This document shows, piece after piece, positions 1 through 11,470 of a stretch of 39,873 nucleotides of DNA. The position numbers and the translations under genes were made by a program. Each line of letters opens with the position of its first letter. Within the stretch, counting starts at the first letter, position 1. The notes beneath the pieces were generated by a model, which saw only the letters and a program-made list of their open reading frames with translations, made no database searches and was not told where the DNA came from. Location: assembly GCF_001194135.2 (NCBI RefSeq), contig NC_068993.1:8640405-8680277 (forward strand), read 5' to 3'. Source of the stretch: Octopus bimaculoides. Its lineage: Eukaryota.

Positions 1-189
1 AGCTACTGTTGATGATGGTCAGGATGATTATGACATTAGTGATAGTAGTGGTGGTGGTGGTGGAGTAGGTGGTGTTGGTGGCGGTGGTGGTGGTGGTGGA
101 ATTGATGATGATGATGGTGGTGGGTGATGGTTGTGGAGTAGAGTAGTGGTGGGAGTTGACGTGGGTGACAGCAATGATGACGATAGCAG

Positions 190-220
<31 letters not shown>

Positions 221-300
221 GAGAGCGATGATGGTGGTGGTGGTGGTGGTGGTGAGAGCGATGATGATGATGTGGTGATGGTTAAGGTGATGATTAACTA
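1..300. repeat. (GGT)n/(GAT)n compound trinucleotide microsatellite
   Basis: Runs of ggt/gat, with a duplicated ggtgagagcgatgat unit. Confidence 0.9.
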
Positions 301-361
301 TAGGTAATGACAGTGAAGATATGTACATACATGTACATATATATGCATATACTCATATATT

Positions 362-399
<38 letters not shown>

Positions 400-404
400 G
401 CCTA

Positions 405-552
405 TGACATGTAAAAAGCACCCAGTACACTATTTAAAATGGTTGGTCTTAGGAATGGCATCAAGCCATACAAACCATGCCAGAATAGATCACTGTCAAA
501 ACATCCAGCCTATGCCAGCATGGAAAGCAGACATTAAATGATGATGATGATG
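405..552 (+). mobile_element. Family B (GAT)n-tailed retroposon, diverged copy
   Basis: aaaagcacc...ggttggtcttaggaatggcatc...cctatgccagcatggaaagcagacattaaat(gat)n; homologous to copies at 23431, 25090 and 31336. Confidence 0.8.
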
Positions 553-571
553 AGGATGTATATATATATAT

Positions 572-966
572 GCAGGAGTGGCTGTGTGGTAAGTAGCTTG
601 CTTACCAACCACATGGTTCCGGGTTCAGTCCCACTGCGTGGCACTTTGGGCAAGTGTCTTCTACTATAGCCTCAGGCTGACCAAAGCCTTGTGAGTGGAT
701 TTGGTAGCCGGAAACTGAAAAAAGCCCGTCGTGTATATGTATATGTATATATATATGTGTGTTTGTGTGTCTGTGTTTGTCTCCCCAACATTGCTTGACA
801 ACTGATGCTGGTGTGTTTACGTCCCCGTAACTTAGCGATTTGGCATAAGAGACCGATAGAATAAGTACTAGGCTTACAAAAGAATAAGTCCTGGGGTCGA
901 TTTGCTCGACTAAAGGCGGTGCTCCAGCATGGCCGCAGTCAAATGACTGAAACAAGTAAAAGAGTA
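572..966 (+). mobile_element. SINE family A, full length (tRNA-like head, body, (TA/TG)n spacer, second body, A-rich tail)
   Basis: A-box-like TGGCTGTGTGG, B-box-like GGTTCAGTCCC, tail aaacaagtaaaagagta; about 10 homologous copies in the window. Confidence 0.9.
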
Positions 967-1393
967 TATGTGTATGTATGTATTAATTGAAGTGTACAGT
1001 ATCACACCCATACTATTGACAAATCTACGAGTGTATATTTTTTCTGATATATGGATTCTTATACGACTATGTATGTAGGTATGTGTATAGATATATATAT
1101 GTATATTGTGTGTGTTTATGAAGTTGTAAGTTGCATTTTCAGATTTAGAATATCTGAAATTTGAAGCCAGCAATCCTCACAGAATAACTAAAAAAAAAAA
1201 ATAGATATATACATAAATAAATGATGAAAATATTAATAAAATAGGAGCAAAAAAAAGAAAAGCAAAATAAAAGAATAAAACAATAAACAACAGGAAAAAA
1301 AGATTAGGGGAAAAAACAGAAACCAAAATTAACTTTATTCAAATTACCTATATCCAGTGAAAATTTTGAACCTGATAGAACACACACACACAC

Positions 1394-2137
1394 ACACTTG
1401 CATGCACACATATTATTTGTGTGTGTGTGTGTGCTGCTATCATACCAAGACAGCAGTGATTATTGCAAAACATTGCTTCTGTATTCTACTGGCCGACCAA
1501 CCAACCAACCAACCAGGCAGCCAGCTTTCTGTCTCTCTCTGTGTCTGTCTGTGTGTCTCTCTGTCTGCTTGTGTGTTTCTTGGTTGCCTGCTTGGCTTGG
1601 CCTGGCCAGCATTCACCAGAAGCGTTACCATAGCAACGTTTAAATAACACAAATTGAAAAGCAAAACTAACTGCAGCATCCTGATACCATGGCAACAAAC
1701 AAGTTTTATAATTGAAGCACTGACGGAGATGATGGTGGTGATGGTGGTGGTGGTGGTGGTNNNNNNNNNNACACTTGCATGCACACATATTATTTGTGTG
1801 TGTGTGTGTGCTGCTATCATACCAAGACAGCAGTGATTATTGCAAAACATTGCTTCTGTATTCTACTGGCCGACCAACCAACCAACCAACCAGGCAGCCA
1901 GCTTTCTGTCTCTCTCTGTGTCTGTCTGTGTGTCTCTCTGTCTGCTTGTGTGTTTCTTGGTTGCCTGCTTGGCTTGGCCTGGCCAGCATTCACCAGAAGC
2001 GTTACCATAGCAACGTTTAAATAACACAAATTGAAAAGCAAAACTAACTGCAGCATCCTGATACCATGGCAACAAACAAGTTTTATAATTGAAGCACTGA
2101 CGGAGATGATGGTGGTGATGGTGGTGGTGGTGGTGGT
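1394..2137. repeat. Apparently identical 367-bp tandem duplication across a 10-N gap (probable assembly artefact)
   Basis: 1394-1760 matches 1771-2137 (offset 377), separated only by Ns at 1761-1770. Confidence 0.85.
1624..1696. promoter_or_regulatory. Candidate RFX X-box pair
   Basis: GTTACCATAGCAAC (1624-1637) matches consensus GTNRCC-N0-3-RGYAAC; GATACCATGGCAAC (1683-1696) has one mismatch. Both repeated at 2001-2014 and 2060-2073 in the duplicate. Confidence 0.45.
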
Positions 2138-2963
2138 GGTGGTCACGGCAGTGGTTGTGTGTGGAAAGTGGTGGATGGTGTGTGTGTTGGGGGGGGGGGC
2201 GGTCTGATGGTGTCTTGCAAAATGTTGAGAAGATTTATTTCATTAAGCTACTTATGTATGTGTGTGTGTATAATGTATATAATATATATGTATATGTGTG
2301 TTTGTGTACATACACATATATGTGTATATGGGTTAAAAGTGTACATTTTTACATGTCTACAACAAGTATTGTGCATAAGTGTGTATACATACATACACGT
2401 ATATATACACACACAAACATACATATATAATATATATATACACATTATATATATACATGTTATATATATATATACACACACATATACATACATACATATG
2501 CAGCATTACCAGCAAGAAAACATGGATTTAAAATGATGATATAAATACACACATTAGTTACAAGCATTCATATACATTTTTCCGTATATGAATTTTCTTT
2601 TGTGTACCCATATACATCAAAATAAACATTCACATTATTTCCGCTTACTTGTGTATGTAAAGATATTCGTGTGTGTATATGCCTATGTATACATATGCAT
2701 ATAAATGTGCCTATGAATATATATTTATATGCATTTATACACACACTCGTATGGACAGGCATACACATATGAATGTACACATATAGTTATCAAGTTTGAA
2801 ATAGGCTTCATAACAATCAATAGATGGTAATATGTAAATGTTTAACATGTCCGCTATTCCAAACATATTACTCTCATTGCTTTTCCTTGTGTAAACCTAT
2901 TTTTACATTCTTCAGTATTGTATTCTACTAAATCCTTAGTGTGTGTATGTGTGCATACACACA

Positions 2964-3048
<85 letters not shown>

Positions 3049-3074
3049 TCACATTTGTATGTGTGTGAGTGTGT

Positions 3075-3220
3075 CTTATCGTCATTTAACATCTGTGCTC
3101 CAGAATGGCATTGGTTGGGTAGCTTGACAGGATCCAATGAGTCACAATCTTGCAGCATCACCCCATCATACTCCAGCGTTAGCTTTAACATGTTTCCTAC
3201 AGCTTGATAGCCTTCCTAGT
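3075..3220 (-). mobile_element. Family B retroposon, highly diverged
   Basis: tcgtcatttaacatctg...gtttcctacagcttgatagccttcctag resembles the reverse complement of family B. Confidence 0.55.
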
Positions 3221-3257
3221 GTGTGTGTGTGTGTGTGTGTGTCTGTATATATATGTA

Positions 3258-3575
3258 TATTATTTATTTATTTTTGTGCCCTTCTAAAGCCTAGCCAGGC
3301 TCGTGGGCCCAGTTTCCCGTTTTCTATGGCATATATGTTTCCCCCAGCTGGACGGGATGCCAGTCCATTTTAGCGTTACTCAAGAAACAGGAAGAAAGGG
3401 CGAGAGAAAGTTGGGGGCGAAAGAGTACAACAGGGGTTGCCACCATCCCCTGTCAGAGCCTCGTGGAGCTTTAGGTGTTTTCGCTCAATAAACACACACA
3501 ATGCCTGGTCTGAGAATCGAAACCGCGATCCTCTGCCCGCGAGTCCGCTGCCCTAACCGCTGGGCCACTGCACCT
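3258..3575 (-). mobile_element. SINE family C (tRNA-derived), full length
   Basis: Minus strand reads aggtgcagTGGCCCAGCGGttagggcagcggactc...GGTTTCGATTCtcagacc; near-full-length homolog at 34178-34493. Confidence 0.88.
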
Positions 3576-3598
3576 CTATATATATACACATACACACA

Positions 3599-3773
3599 TA
3601 AAAGCACCCATACAGTGCCATGTAAGAGCATCCAGCACACACTGTAAGTGGTTGGCATTAGGAAGGGCACCCAGCCATAGAAGCCATGCCAAAGCAGACT
3701 GGACTCTGGTACAGCTCTGGTCAAACCATCCAGCCCATGCCAACATGGACAATAGACATTAAATGATGATGAT
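3599..3773 (+). mobile_element. Family B retroposon
   Basis: gtggttggcattaggaagggcacccagcc...ccatgccaacatggacaatagacattaaat(gat)n. Confidence 0.8.
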
Positions 3774-3787
3774 ACATACATATGTAT

Positions 3788-4003
3788 ACTTTCCTACTCT
3801 AGGCACAAGGCCCGAAATTTATGAGAAGGAGGTCAGTCGATTAGATTGACTCCAGTACACAACTGGTACTTTAATTTATCAACCCCAAAAGGATGAAAGG
3901 CAAGGTCGACCTCGGCAGAATTTGAACTCATAGCATAAAAAAAAGACGAAATATGCTAAGCATTTTGCCCGGCATGCTAACGTTTCTACTAGTTTGCCGC
4001 CTT
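3788..4003 (-). mobile_element. SINE family G, full length
   Basis: Reverse complement of the 4647-4858 copy; B-box-like GAGTTCAAATTC; body gtcgaccttgcctttcatcctttt. Confidence 0.85.
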
Positions 4004-4006
4004 GAC

Positions 4007-4071
<65 letters not shown>

Positions 4072-4074
<3 letters not shown>

Positions 4075-4180
4075 GGCTGGGCAACTGCTGGTCTTCCATA
4101 AACAACCTTGCCCGGACTTGTGCCTTGAAGGGTAAGGTTCTGGGTGCAATCCCATGGTCATACATGACCAAAGGATGGGG
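4072..4180 (+). mobile_element. SINE family D, 3' fragment
   Basis: actgctggtcttccataaacaaccttgcccggacttgtgcc...gcaatcccatggtcat; matches 8285 copy and the reverse complement of 22835. Confidence 0.75.
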
Positions 4181-4646
4181 TCACCCGTTTTTTTTGTTTT
4201 TTTTTGCACCCAATATATATGCACACACGTATGTATAGTGGTAATCAACTCCGTATCAGAAGTGACCGTCTTTTGCACTTCTCTTATGTTTGCAAATATA
4301 ATGCCTTCCTCTCATGAGCTCTCACGAACTCCTGACTTTTTAATCATGAGCCGAATATGGTAACCACTTAGCCATGTGCTTTCTCAGTTTCTACATATCG
4401 AAATTGGAACAGCTGGACGCCTTTCTTATTTACCAACCACTTTACATCAAGTATCAGGTGCTATTCATTATGTTACCACCAGCACAAGAGATGTTCTCCA
4501 TAACTGAGTTTAAGAGCCCTCTCAACTGTGTGTCAGTTCTTATTAGTTACTGCTATCCTCTACATGCAGTGTCTACAGCTGATGTCTGCATCTCTTTTGT
4601 TTACTCTTTTATTTTGGCAATCCCAAGCTGCTCCTGCCTGACTCCA

Positions 4647-4972
4647 ACGAGCTTGGCAGAAATGTTAGCACACTGGGCGGATGCTTCGTGGTATTTCGTC
4701 TGTCTTTACGTTCTGAGTTCAAATTCCGCCGATGTTGACTTTACCTTTCATCCTTTCGGGGTCGATAAATTAAGTACCAGTTGCACACTAGGGTCCATCT
4801 ATTCGACTGGCTCTCTCCCTAAAAATTTCGGACCTTGTGCCTAGAGTAGAAAAGAATATTTTATCCGCCAAGATCAACTTTGCCTTTCATCCTTTCAGAG
4901 TCAATAAAGTACCAGTTACGCAATGGGATCAATCTGAATAACTGCCCCACCCCTCCCTAAAAATTTCAGGCC
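4647..4972 (+). mobile_element. SINE family G (4647-4858) plus a tandem partial second copy (4865-4972)
   Basis: tggcagaaatgttagc...gagttcaaattccgccg...ccttgtgcctagagtagaaaag, then a repeat of the ctttgcctttcatccttt...aaaatttcaggccttg segment. Confidence 0.85.
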
Positions 4973-5115
4973 TTGGATAAATAGATGTTAAAATCATGAT
5001 TATGATATATTTGGGAGAATATACAAATAACAACAACAGACGAGGACAGGTGGTGTAAATAACAAAAGTATATATTAGTATGACGCTCGGGAATTATATA
5101 CATAGACACAGTGTG

Positions 5116-5338
5116 TATGAGGTCTGATCAAAATGCGTCAGGACTGTTGCTATGGTATGCAGAATGATGCCATTTTGCACAGATTGACCATGAAGTATGT
5201 CGCACATGCTCACAAATTTGTAACATTCTTTCTCACTTCTGTTGTTTATAGCAACGTTGAGAAGTAAAGTGTGTAGAGTGTAGTCATCTCACCACACACC
5301 ACGGAGGTTCCATCAGTGACCGTGGCAGAGAAAATGTG
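5116..5338 (+). mobile_element. Possible mariner/Tc1-type terminal fragment (single end)
   Basis: Begins TA-TGAGGTCTGATCAAAA, resembling mariner TIRs after a TA target. No second TIR or transposase was found. Confidence 0.4.
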
Positions 5339-5360
5339 AAAGAAGCCCGTTGTATATATG

Positions 5361-5395
<35 letters not shown>

Positions 5396-5610
5396 GTTTG
5401 TGTGTCTGTGTTTGTCCTCCCACCATCACTTGACAACCGATGCTGATGTGTTTATCTCCCCGTAACTTAGCGGTTCGGCAAAAGAGACCAATAGAATAAG
5501 TACTAGGCTTACAAAGAATAAGGCCTGGGGTCGATTTGCTCGACTAAAGGCAGTGCTCCAGCATGGCCACAGTCAAATGACTGAAACAAGTAAAAGAGTA
5601 AAAGAGAGTA
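5339..5610 (+). mobile_element. SINE family A, 3' portion
   Basis: aagaagcccg-(TA)n-...cttgacaaccgatgctg...gactgaaacaagtaaaagagta. Confidence 0.88.
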
Positions 5611-5615
5611 AAAAG

Positions 5616-5646
<31 letters not shown>

Positions 5647-6385
5647 NNNNNNNNNNNNNNNNNNNNNNNNNNNNNNNNNNNNNNNNNNNNNNNNNNNNNN
5701 NNNNNNNNNNNNNNNNNNNNNNNNNNNNNNNNNNNNNNNNNNNNNNNNNNNNNNNNNNNNNNNNNNNNNNNNNNNNNNNNNNNNNNNNNNNNNNNNNNNN
5801 NNNNNNNNNNNNNNNNNNNNNNNNNNNNNNNNNNNNNNNNNNNNNNNNNNNNNNNNNNNNNNNNNNNNNNNNNNNNNNNNNNNNNNNNNNNNNNNNNNNN
5901 NNNNNNNNNNNNNNNNNNNNNNNNNNNNNNNNNNNNNNNNNNNNNNNNNNNNNNNNNNNNNNNNNNNNNNNNNNNNNNNNNNNNNNNNNNNNNNNNNNNN
6001 NNNNNNNNNNNNNNNNNNNNNNNNNNNNNNNNNNNNNNNNNNNNNNNNNNNNNNNNNNNNNNNNNNNNNNNNNNNNNNNNNNNNNNNNNNNNNNNNNNNN
6101 NNNNNNNNNNNNNNNNNNNNNNNNNNNNNNNNNNNNNNNNNNNNNNNNNNNNNNNNNNNNNNNNNNNNNNNNNNNNNNNNNNNNNNNNNNNNNNNNNNNN
6201 NNNNNNNNNNNNNNNNNNNNNNNNNNNNNNNNNNNNNNNNNNNNNNNNNNNNNNNNNNNNNNNNNNNNNNNNNNNNNNNNNNNNNNNNNNNNNNNNNNNN
6301 NNNNNNNNNNNNNNNNNNNNNNNNNNNNNNNNNNNNNNNNNNNNNNNNNNNNNNNNNNNNNNNNNNAGTAAAAGAGAGTAAAAAG

Positions 6386-6416
<31 letters not shown>

Positions 6417-6526
6417 GCGCGCACATGCACACACATTTCGCCCACTTTCATCAGCTTGCATGGAATAATCTCATTCTTTTTGTTTCTATTCTCTTTCAAT
6501 TATTCAGTCCTCTTCAGGCTCTTTAG

Positions 6527-6730
6527 TCTTGCAGGTTGCTAGGCAACCCCACTAATGTTGGTGCCATATAAAAGCACCTAGTATGTTCTTGTAAAGGGGT
6601 TATTGTTAAGAAGGACATTGAACCATTAAAAAATCATGCTGTAACAAGACAGTGGAGCATGACACAGTCTTCCTACACACCAGATCCTGTTGAACCCACA
6701 TGGAGAGCAGAATTTAAATGATGATGATGA
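6527..6730 (+). mobile_element. Family B retroposon, old diverged copy
   Basis: ggtgccatataaaagcacc...cacatggagagcagaatttaaat(gat)n. Confidence 0.6.
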
Positions 6731-6889
6731 GGAGGAGGAGGATGATGAGGATGAAATGATGTGTGACTCTCTTCCCCAATCTATTTTTTCTGACATACAC
6801 ATTATATTTAGCTGGCTGGTTAGGTGGCTGGCTGGCTTTATGATGGATAACTTTATATATATCTGGCTCTTTCCCTCTCCTTCTTCCAA

Positions 6890-6894
6890 ATGTA

Positions 6895-6936
<42 letters not shown>

Positions 6937-6957
6937 GATATATATATGTGTTTGTAT

Positions 6958-6988
<31 letters not shown>

Positions 6989-7026
6989 TGCATGTATGTA
7001 TATACATATATATGCATATATATATG

Positions 7027-7061
<35 letters not shown>

Positions 7062-7119
7062 GTATATATATATATGTNNNNNNNNNNTTTATTTATGCAT
7101 GTATGTATATACATATATA

Positions 7120-7155
<36 letters not shown>

Positions 7156-7359
7156 AATGTATGTGTATATATATATATGTATATATGTATGTATGTATAT
7201 ACATATATATGCATATATATATATATGTAAATGTATGTGTATATATATATATGTATATATATATATGTATGTATGTATGTATATACATATATATGCATAT
7301 ATATATATATATATATATNNNNNNNNNNNNNNNNNNNNNNNNNNNNNNNNNNNNGTGTG

Positions 7360-7394
<35 letters not shown>

Positions 7395-7520
7395 GTATGT
7401 ATATATATTATGTATATATATATATGTATATACATATATTATGTATATATATATGTATGTATATATATATGTGTATATATATATGTATATATATGTAATA
7501 TATATCATGTTGTGCACATA
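6890..7520. repeat. Complex (TA)n/(TATG)n microsatellite
   Basis: Direct inspection; gives rise to the YIYIY-type ORFs. Confidence 0.95.
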
Positions 7521-7809
7521 CATACACAGACATATGTAAGGTTTTAATTTCCGATTTTAAAAATTTTTATTGATTTCTGTCGTTGGTATTGTAGTTGTGG
7601 CATCAGTGGTGGTGGTGGTGGTGGTGGTGGTGGTGGTGGTGGTGCTAGCGTCAGTTGTAGCATTGGCAGTGTTGTTGTTGTTGTTTCTGTTTTACTTGCT
7701 GGAACTTACCAAACTGTAGTGACCTCTACCACCCATCTTTGCAGAATTGAGATAATCAGTTTAAACTTATACATGCATATCTAATATGTTGTGTAATAAG
7801 GCAACCTTA

Positions 7810-8210
7810 TGTTCTCTCTCTCTATCTATCTATCTCCCCTTCTCTCTCTCTCTCTCTCTCTCTCTCTACTCTTTCTCTTATCTGCCTCTCCCTTTCTCTG
7901 TATCTCTCTTTCTCTCTCTATTTGTTTCTCAATCATTATCTTCTTTCAGCATTCTCTTCTTCATTGATCTCACTGTCTCTTTATCCCTTCATTCACTCTC
8001 TCTCACTCTCACTCTCTCTCTCTGTCCCTCCTTCCTTTTTTCTCCTCCCCCTCTCATGGTCTTTCTTGATCTCTTTGTGTATAACTCATTCTCTTTCTCA
8101 ACAATGGTTCCAATTCTATTTGGTTGGATATGTTCTCTGCTCTTACACAACTTCTCTCTCTCTCTTTCTCTCCCTGTCTTTCTCTCTCCCTATACATACA
8201 TATATGTACA

Positions 8211-8280
<70 letters not shown>
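7810..8280. repeat. Degenerate (CT)n tract followed by (TA)n
   Basis: Direct inspection. Confidence 0.9.
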
Positions 8281-8284
<4 letters not shown>

Positions 8285-8549
8285 GAAGGTGCATGGCTCA
8301 GTGCTTAGAGCATCACACTTAAAATCATGAGTTCAATTCCTGGACTGGGCTGCATGTTGTGTTCTTGAGCAAGACACTTTATTTCAAGTTGCTCCAATTC
8401 ATTCAGCTGTAGAAATTAGTTGCCACGTTACTGGTGCCAAACTGCATCAGTTTTTGCTTTTTCCTTGGACAGCATCAGTGGCACGAAGAGGGGAAGCTGG
8501 TATGCATGGACGACTGCTGGTCTTCCATAAATAAACTTGTCCAGACTTG

Positions 8550-8550
<1 letters not shown>
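8285..8550 (+). mobile_element. SINE family D (tRNA-derived)
   Basis: gaaggtgcaTGGCTCAGTGcttagagc...GAGTTCAATTCCtggactgggc...cttgagcaagacactttatttca; homologs at 22835 and 39365. Confidence 0.85.
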
Positions 8551-8585
<35 letters not shown>

Positions 8586-8644
8586 TGTATATCTATCTAT
8601 GCACGTGCGTGTGTGTATATATTTTAATCGAATGAATTGGCTAA

Positions 8645-8913
8645 TTTCTTTTTAAGTTTGGTACTTATTCTATTGGTCTCTTTTGCTGAACCAATAAGTT
8701 ACAGGGATGTAAAAAACACCAACACTGGTTGTCAAGCAATCGTGGGGGACAAACACAGACACACACACACCCACTTGTGTGTGTGTGTGTACATACATAC
8801 GTACATACACACATACATATATATATACATACATGCATGCATGACAGGCTTCATTCGGTTTTTGTCTACCAAATCTACTCACAATGCTTTGGTCAGTCTG
8901 AGGTTGTGGTAGA
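8645..8913 (-). mobile_element. SINE family A, internal portion
   Basis: gtacttattctattggtctcttttgctgaacc...ggttgtcaagc...tctaccaaatctactcacaatgctttggtc is the reverse complement of family A. Confidence 0.85.
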
Positions 8914-9509
8914 TCTACCCTTTCACTCTCAAATAAAGAATTCTGTTTTGCTTCAGTCACTTTTAATAAAGGATACACACACATCTACACAAGTAACAAC
9001 CCCCCCCACACTCTCCCTCCCTCTCTCTNNNNNNNNNNNNNNNNNNNNNNNNNNNNNNNNNNNNNNNNNNNNNNNNNNNNNNNNNNNNNNNNNNNNNNNN
9101 NNNNNNNNNNNNNNNNNNNNNNNNNNNNNNNNNNNNNNNNNNNNNNNNNNNNNNNNNNNNNNNNNNNNNNNNNNNNNNNNNNNNNNNNNNNNNNNNNNNN
9201 NNNNNNNNNNNNNNNNNNNNNNNNNNNNNNNNNNNNNNNNNNNNNNNNNNNNNNNNNNNNNNNNNNNNNNNNNNNNNNNNNNNNNNNNNNNNNNNNNNNN
9301 NNNNNNNNNNNNNNNNNNNNNNNNNNNNNNNNNNNNNNNNNNNNNNNNNNNNNNNNNNNNNNNNNNNNNNNNNNNNNNNNNNNNNNNNNNNNNNNNNNNN
9401 NNNNNNNNNNNNNNNNNNNNNNNNNNNNNNNNNNNNNNNNNNNNNNNNNNNNNNNNNNNNNNNNNNNNNNNNNNNNNNNNNNNNNNNNNNNNNNNNNNNN
9501 NNNNNNNNN

Positions 9510-9590
<81 letters not shown>

Positions 9591-9599
9591 ATTCTCCAT

Positions 9600-9990
9600 C
9601 TCCACTTAATCACATTTCTTTATCTATCTATTTGTCTATCTGTCTGTCTGTCTCATAAATCACACACTCTGGTCTCTCTCATCCCTCTCCCTCCCACTCA
9701 CCCCCATGCACACTCTCTTTGTTTAATCACATTTCTGATCTCTCTCTCTCCCTCTCTATACTCTCTCTATACTCCTCCTTTCTATATAACCACATTTATT
9801 AACTGTCTCTCAGTCTTTAATCACAGTACATGATCTTCACTTCATTTAATCACCATATCTGATGCTCTCTCTCTCTCTCTCTCTTTCCTCGGCTAATCAC
9901 ATCTGATCTTTCTGTTAGTCATTAATCACAGTATATAATGTTTCCTTCATTAATCATAGTAATTCATCTCCTTTTAATCATTGTACCTAA
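9600..9990. repeat. Degenerate minisatellite built on TTAATCAC within (CT)n
   Basis: About 10 (T/A)TAATCA(C/T)-like cores between the two large gaps. Confidence 0.65.
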
Positions 9991-9996
9991 TCTGTT

Positions 9997-10061
<65 letters not shown>

Positions 10062-10999
10062 NNNNNNNNNNNNNNNNNNNNNNNNNNNNNNNNNNNNNNN
10101 NNNNNNNNNNNNNNNNNNNNNNNNNNNNNNNNNNNNNNNNNNNNNNNNNNNNNNNNNNNNNNNNNNNNNNNNNNNNNNNNNNNNNNNNNNNNNNNNNNNN
10201 NNNNNNNNNNNNNNNNNNNNNNNNNNNNNNNNNNNNNNNNNNNNNNNNNNNNNNNNNNNNNNNNNNNNNNNNNNNNNNNNNNNNNNNNNNNNNNNNNNNN
10301 NNNNNNNNNNNNNNNNNNNNNNNNNNNNNNNNNNNNNNNNNNNNNNNNNNNNNNNNNNNNNNNNNNNNNNNNNNNNNNNNNNNNNNNNNNNNNNNNNNNN
10401 NNNNNNNNNNNNNNNNNNNNNNNNNNNNNNNNNNNNNNNNNNNNNNNNNNNNNNNNNNNNNNNNNNNNNNNNNNNNNNNNNNNNNNNNNNNNNNNNNNNN
10501 NNNNNNNNNNNNNNNNNNNNNNNNNNNNNNNNNNNNNNNNNNNNNNNNNNNNNNNNNNNNNNNNNNNNNNNNNNNNNNNNNNNNNNNNNNNNNNNNNNNN
10601 NNNNNNNNNNNNNNNNNNNNNNNNNNNNNNNNCAAACAAACAAACATCAAAACAATGGAAACTAAACACAAATTACAATTCTCTTTCTTAATTGGTTTTA
10701 AATAAATTTTAGTCAACGCAACTCAAACCACAACAAGAACAACATGTCTGAAACAAAGACCAATATGGCTGCCCAAACAGCACAAAACTTCAGATTTAAA
10801 ATATATGGTCAGTATCTGTTTATGATATATCTCTTGGCTGGAAAAAAATCAAATGTAAACGAACCAATGAAATAATATTGATCAATATTTAAAATAATAT
10901 ATCGAAAAGTATTGATGTTCGTTTTGTTTGTTCTGAAACAACTCTGTTGGTGTTTTTTTGTTTTTTTGTTTATGAATCTTTATACTGAAGTTTGCTTTA

Positions 11000-11000
11000 T

Positions 11001-11032
<32 letters not shown>

Positions 11033-11245
11033 GTAGCAGCAGCAGCATCACCATCATCTTCATCGTCATTATCATCAGTATCATCAATATTACCGTCATC
11101 ATCAGCATCATCTTCACCACCATCATCATCACCATCACCAACATCATCATCGTCATCATCACCTTCAGCATCATTACCATCAAAAGTACCATCATCACCA
11201 CCACCACCACCACCATCATCATCATTGCTATCACACTCATCATCA
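11000..11245. repeat. (CAT)n/(CAC)n microsatellite
   Basis: Direct inspection. Confidence 0.9.
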
Positions 11246-11470
11246 TTTTATATCTGCTTTGCATGCTGGCATAGGTTGGACGGGTTGCCACATTCAGTGT
11301 CAGCATATATTCTAGGGCACTGGTCACCTAGACATGTAAGCAGGTGGGGGTTCTTCATCTCGCTAGCATTTCATTTTCAGCTTAGTTTCTACAACTAGAT
11401 GCCATTCCTAATACCAACCATTTTATATAGTATACTGCGTTTTTTTCTTCATTCTTTTGTCTGGCACCAG
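11239..11470 (-). mobile_element. Family B retroposon, diverged
   Basis: catcattttatatctgctttgcatgctggcataggttgg...gtttctacaactagatgccattcctaataccaacc. Confidence 0.65.

Noticed and set aside
572-650. tRNA-like sequences, here and at 3575, 8285, 26912, 28917 and 39365
   Set aside because: A/B boxes are present, but there is no intact cloverleaf that I could identify and each runs into a SINE body. These are SINE heads, not tRNA genes.
602-955. Recurrent peptides such as FQSFDCGHAGAPPLVEQIDP and MPKVPRSGTEP
   Set aside because: They recur because they are translations of SINE-A. They are not a protein family.
1143-1204. Possible plus-strand terminal exon (D)LEYLKFEASNPHRITKKKK*
   Set aside because: Only an acceptor signal, it ends in an A-run, and no motif is recognisable; expected by chance.
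5025-5092. Short segment I vaguely recall from Penelope-like/hammerhead-bearing repeats
   Set aside because: No CTGANGA...GAAA hammerhead core or second copy is visible in this window.
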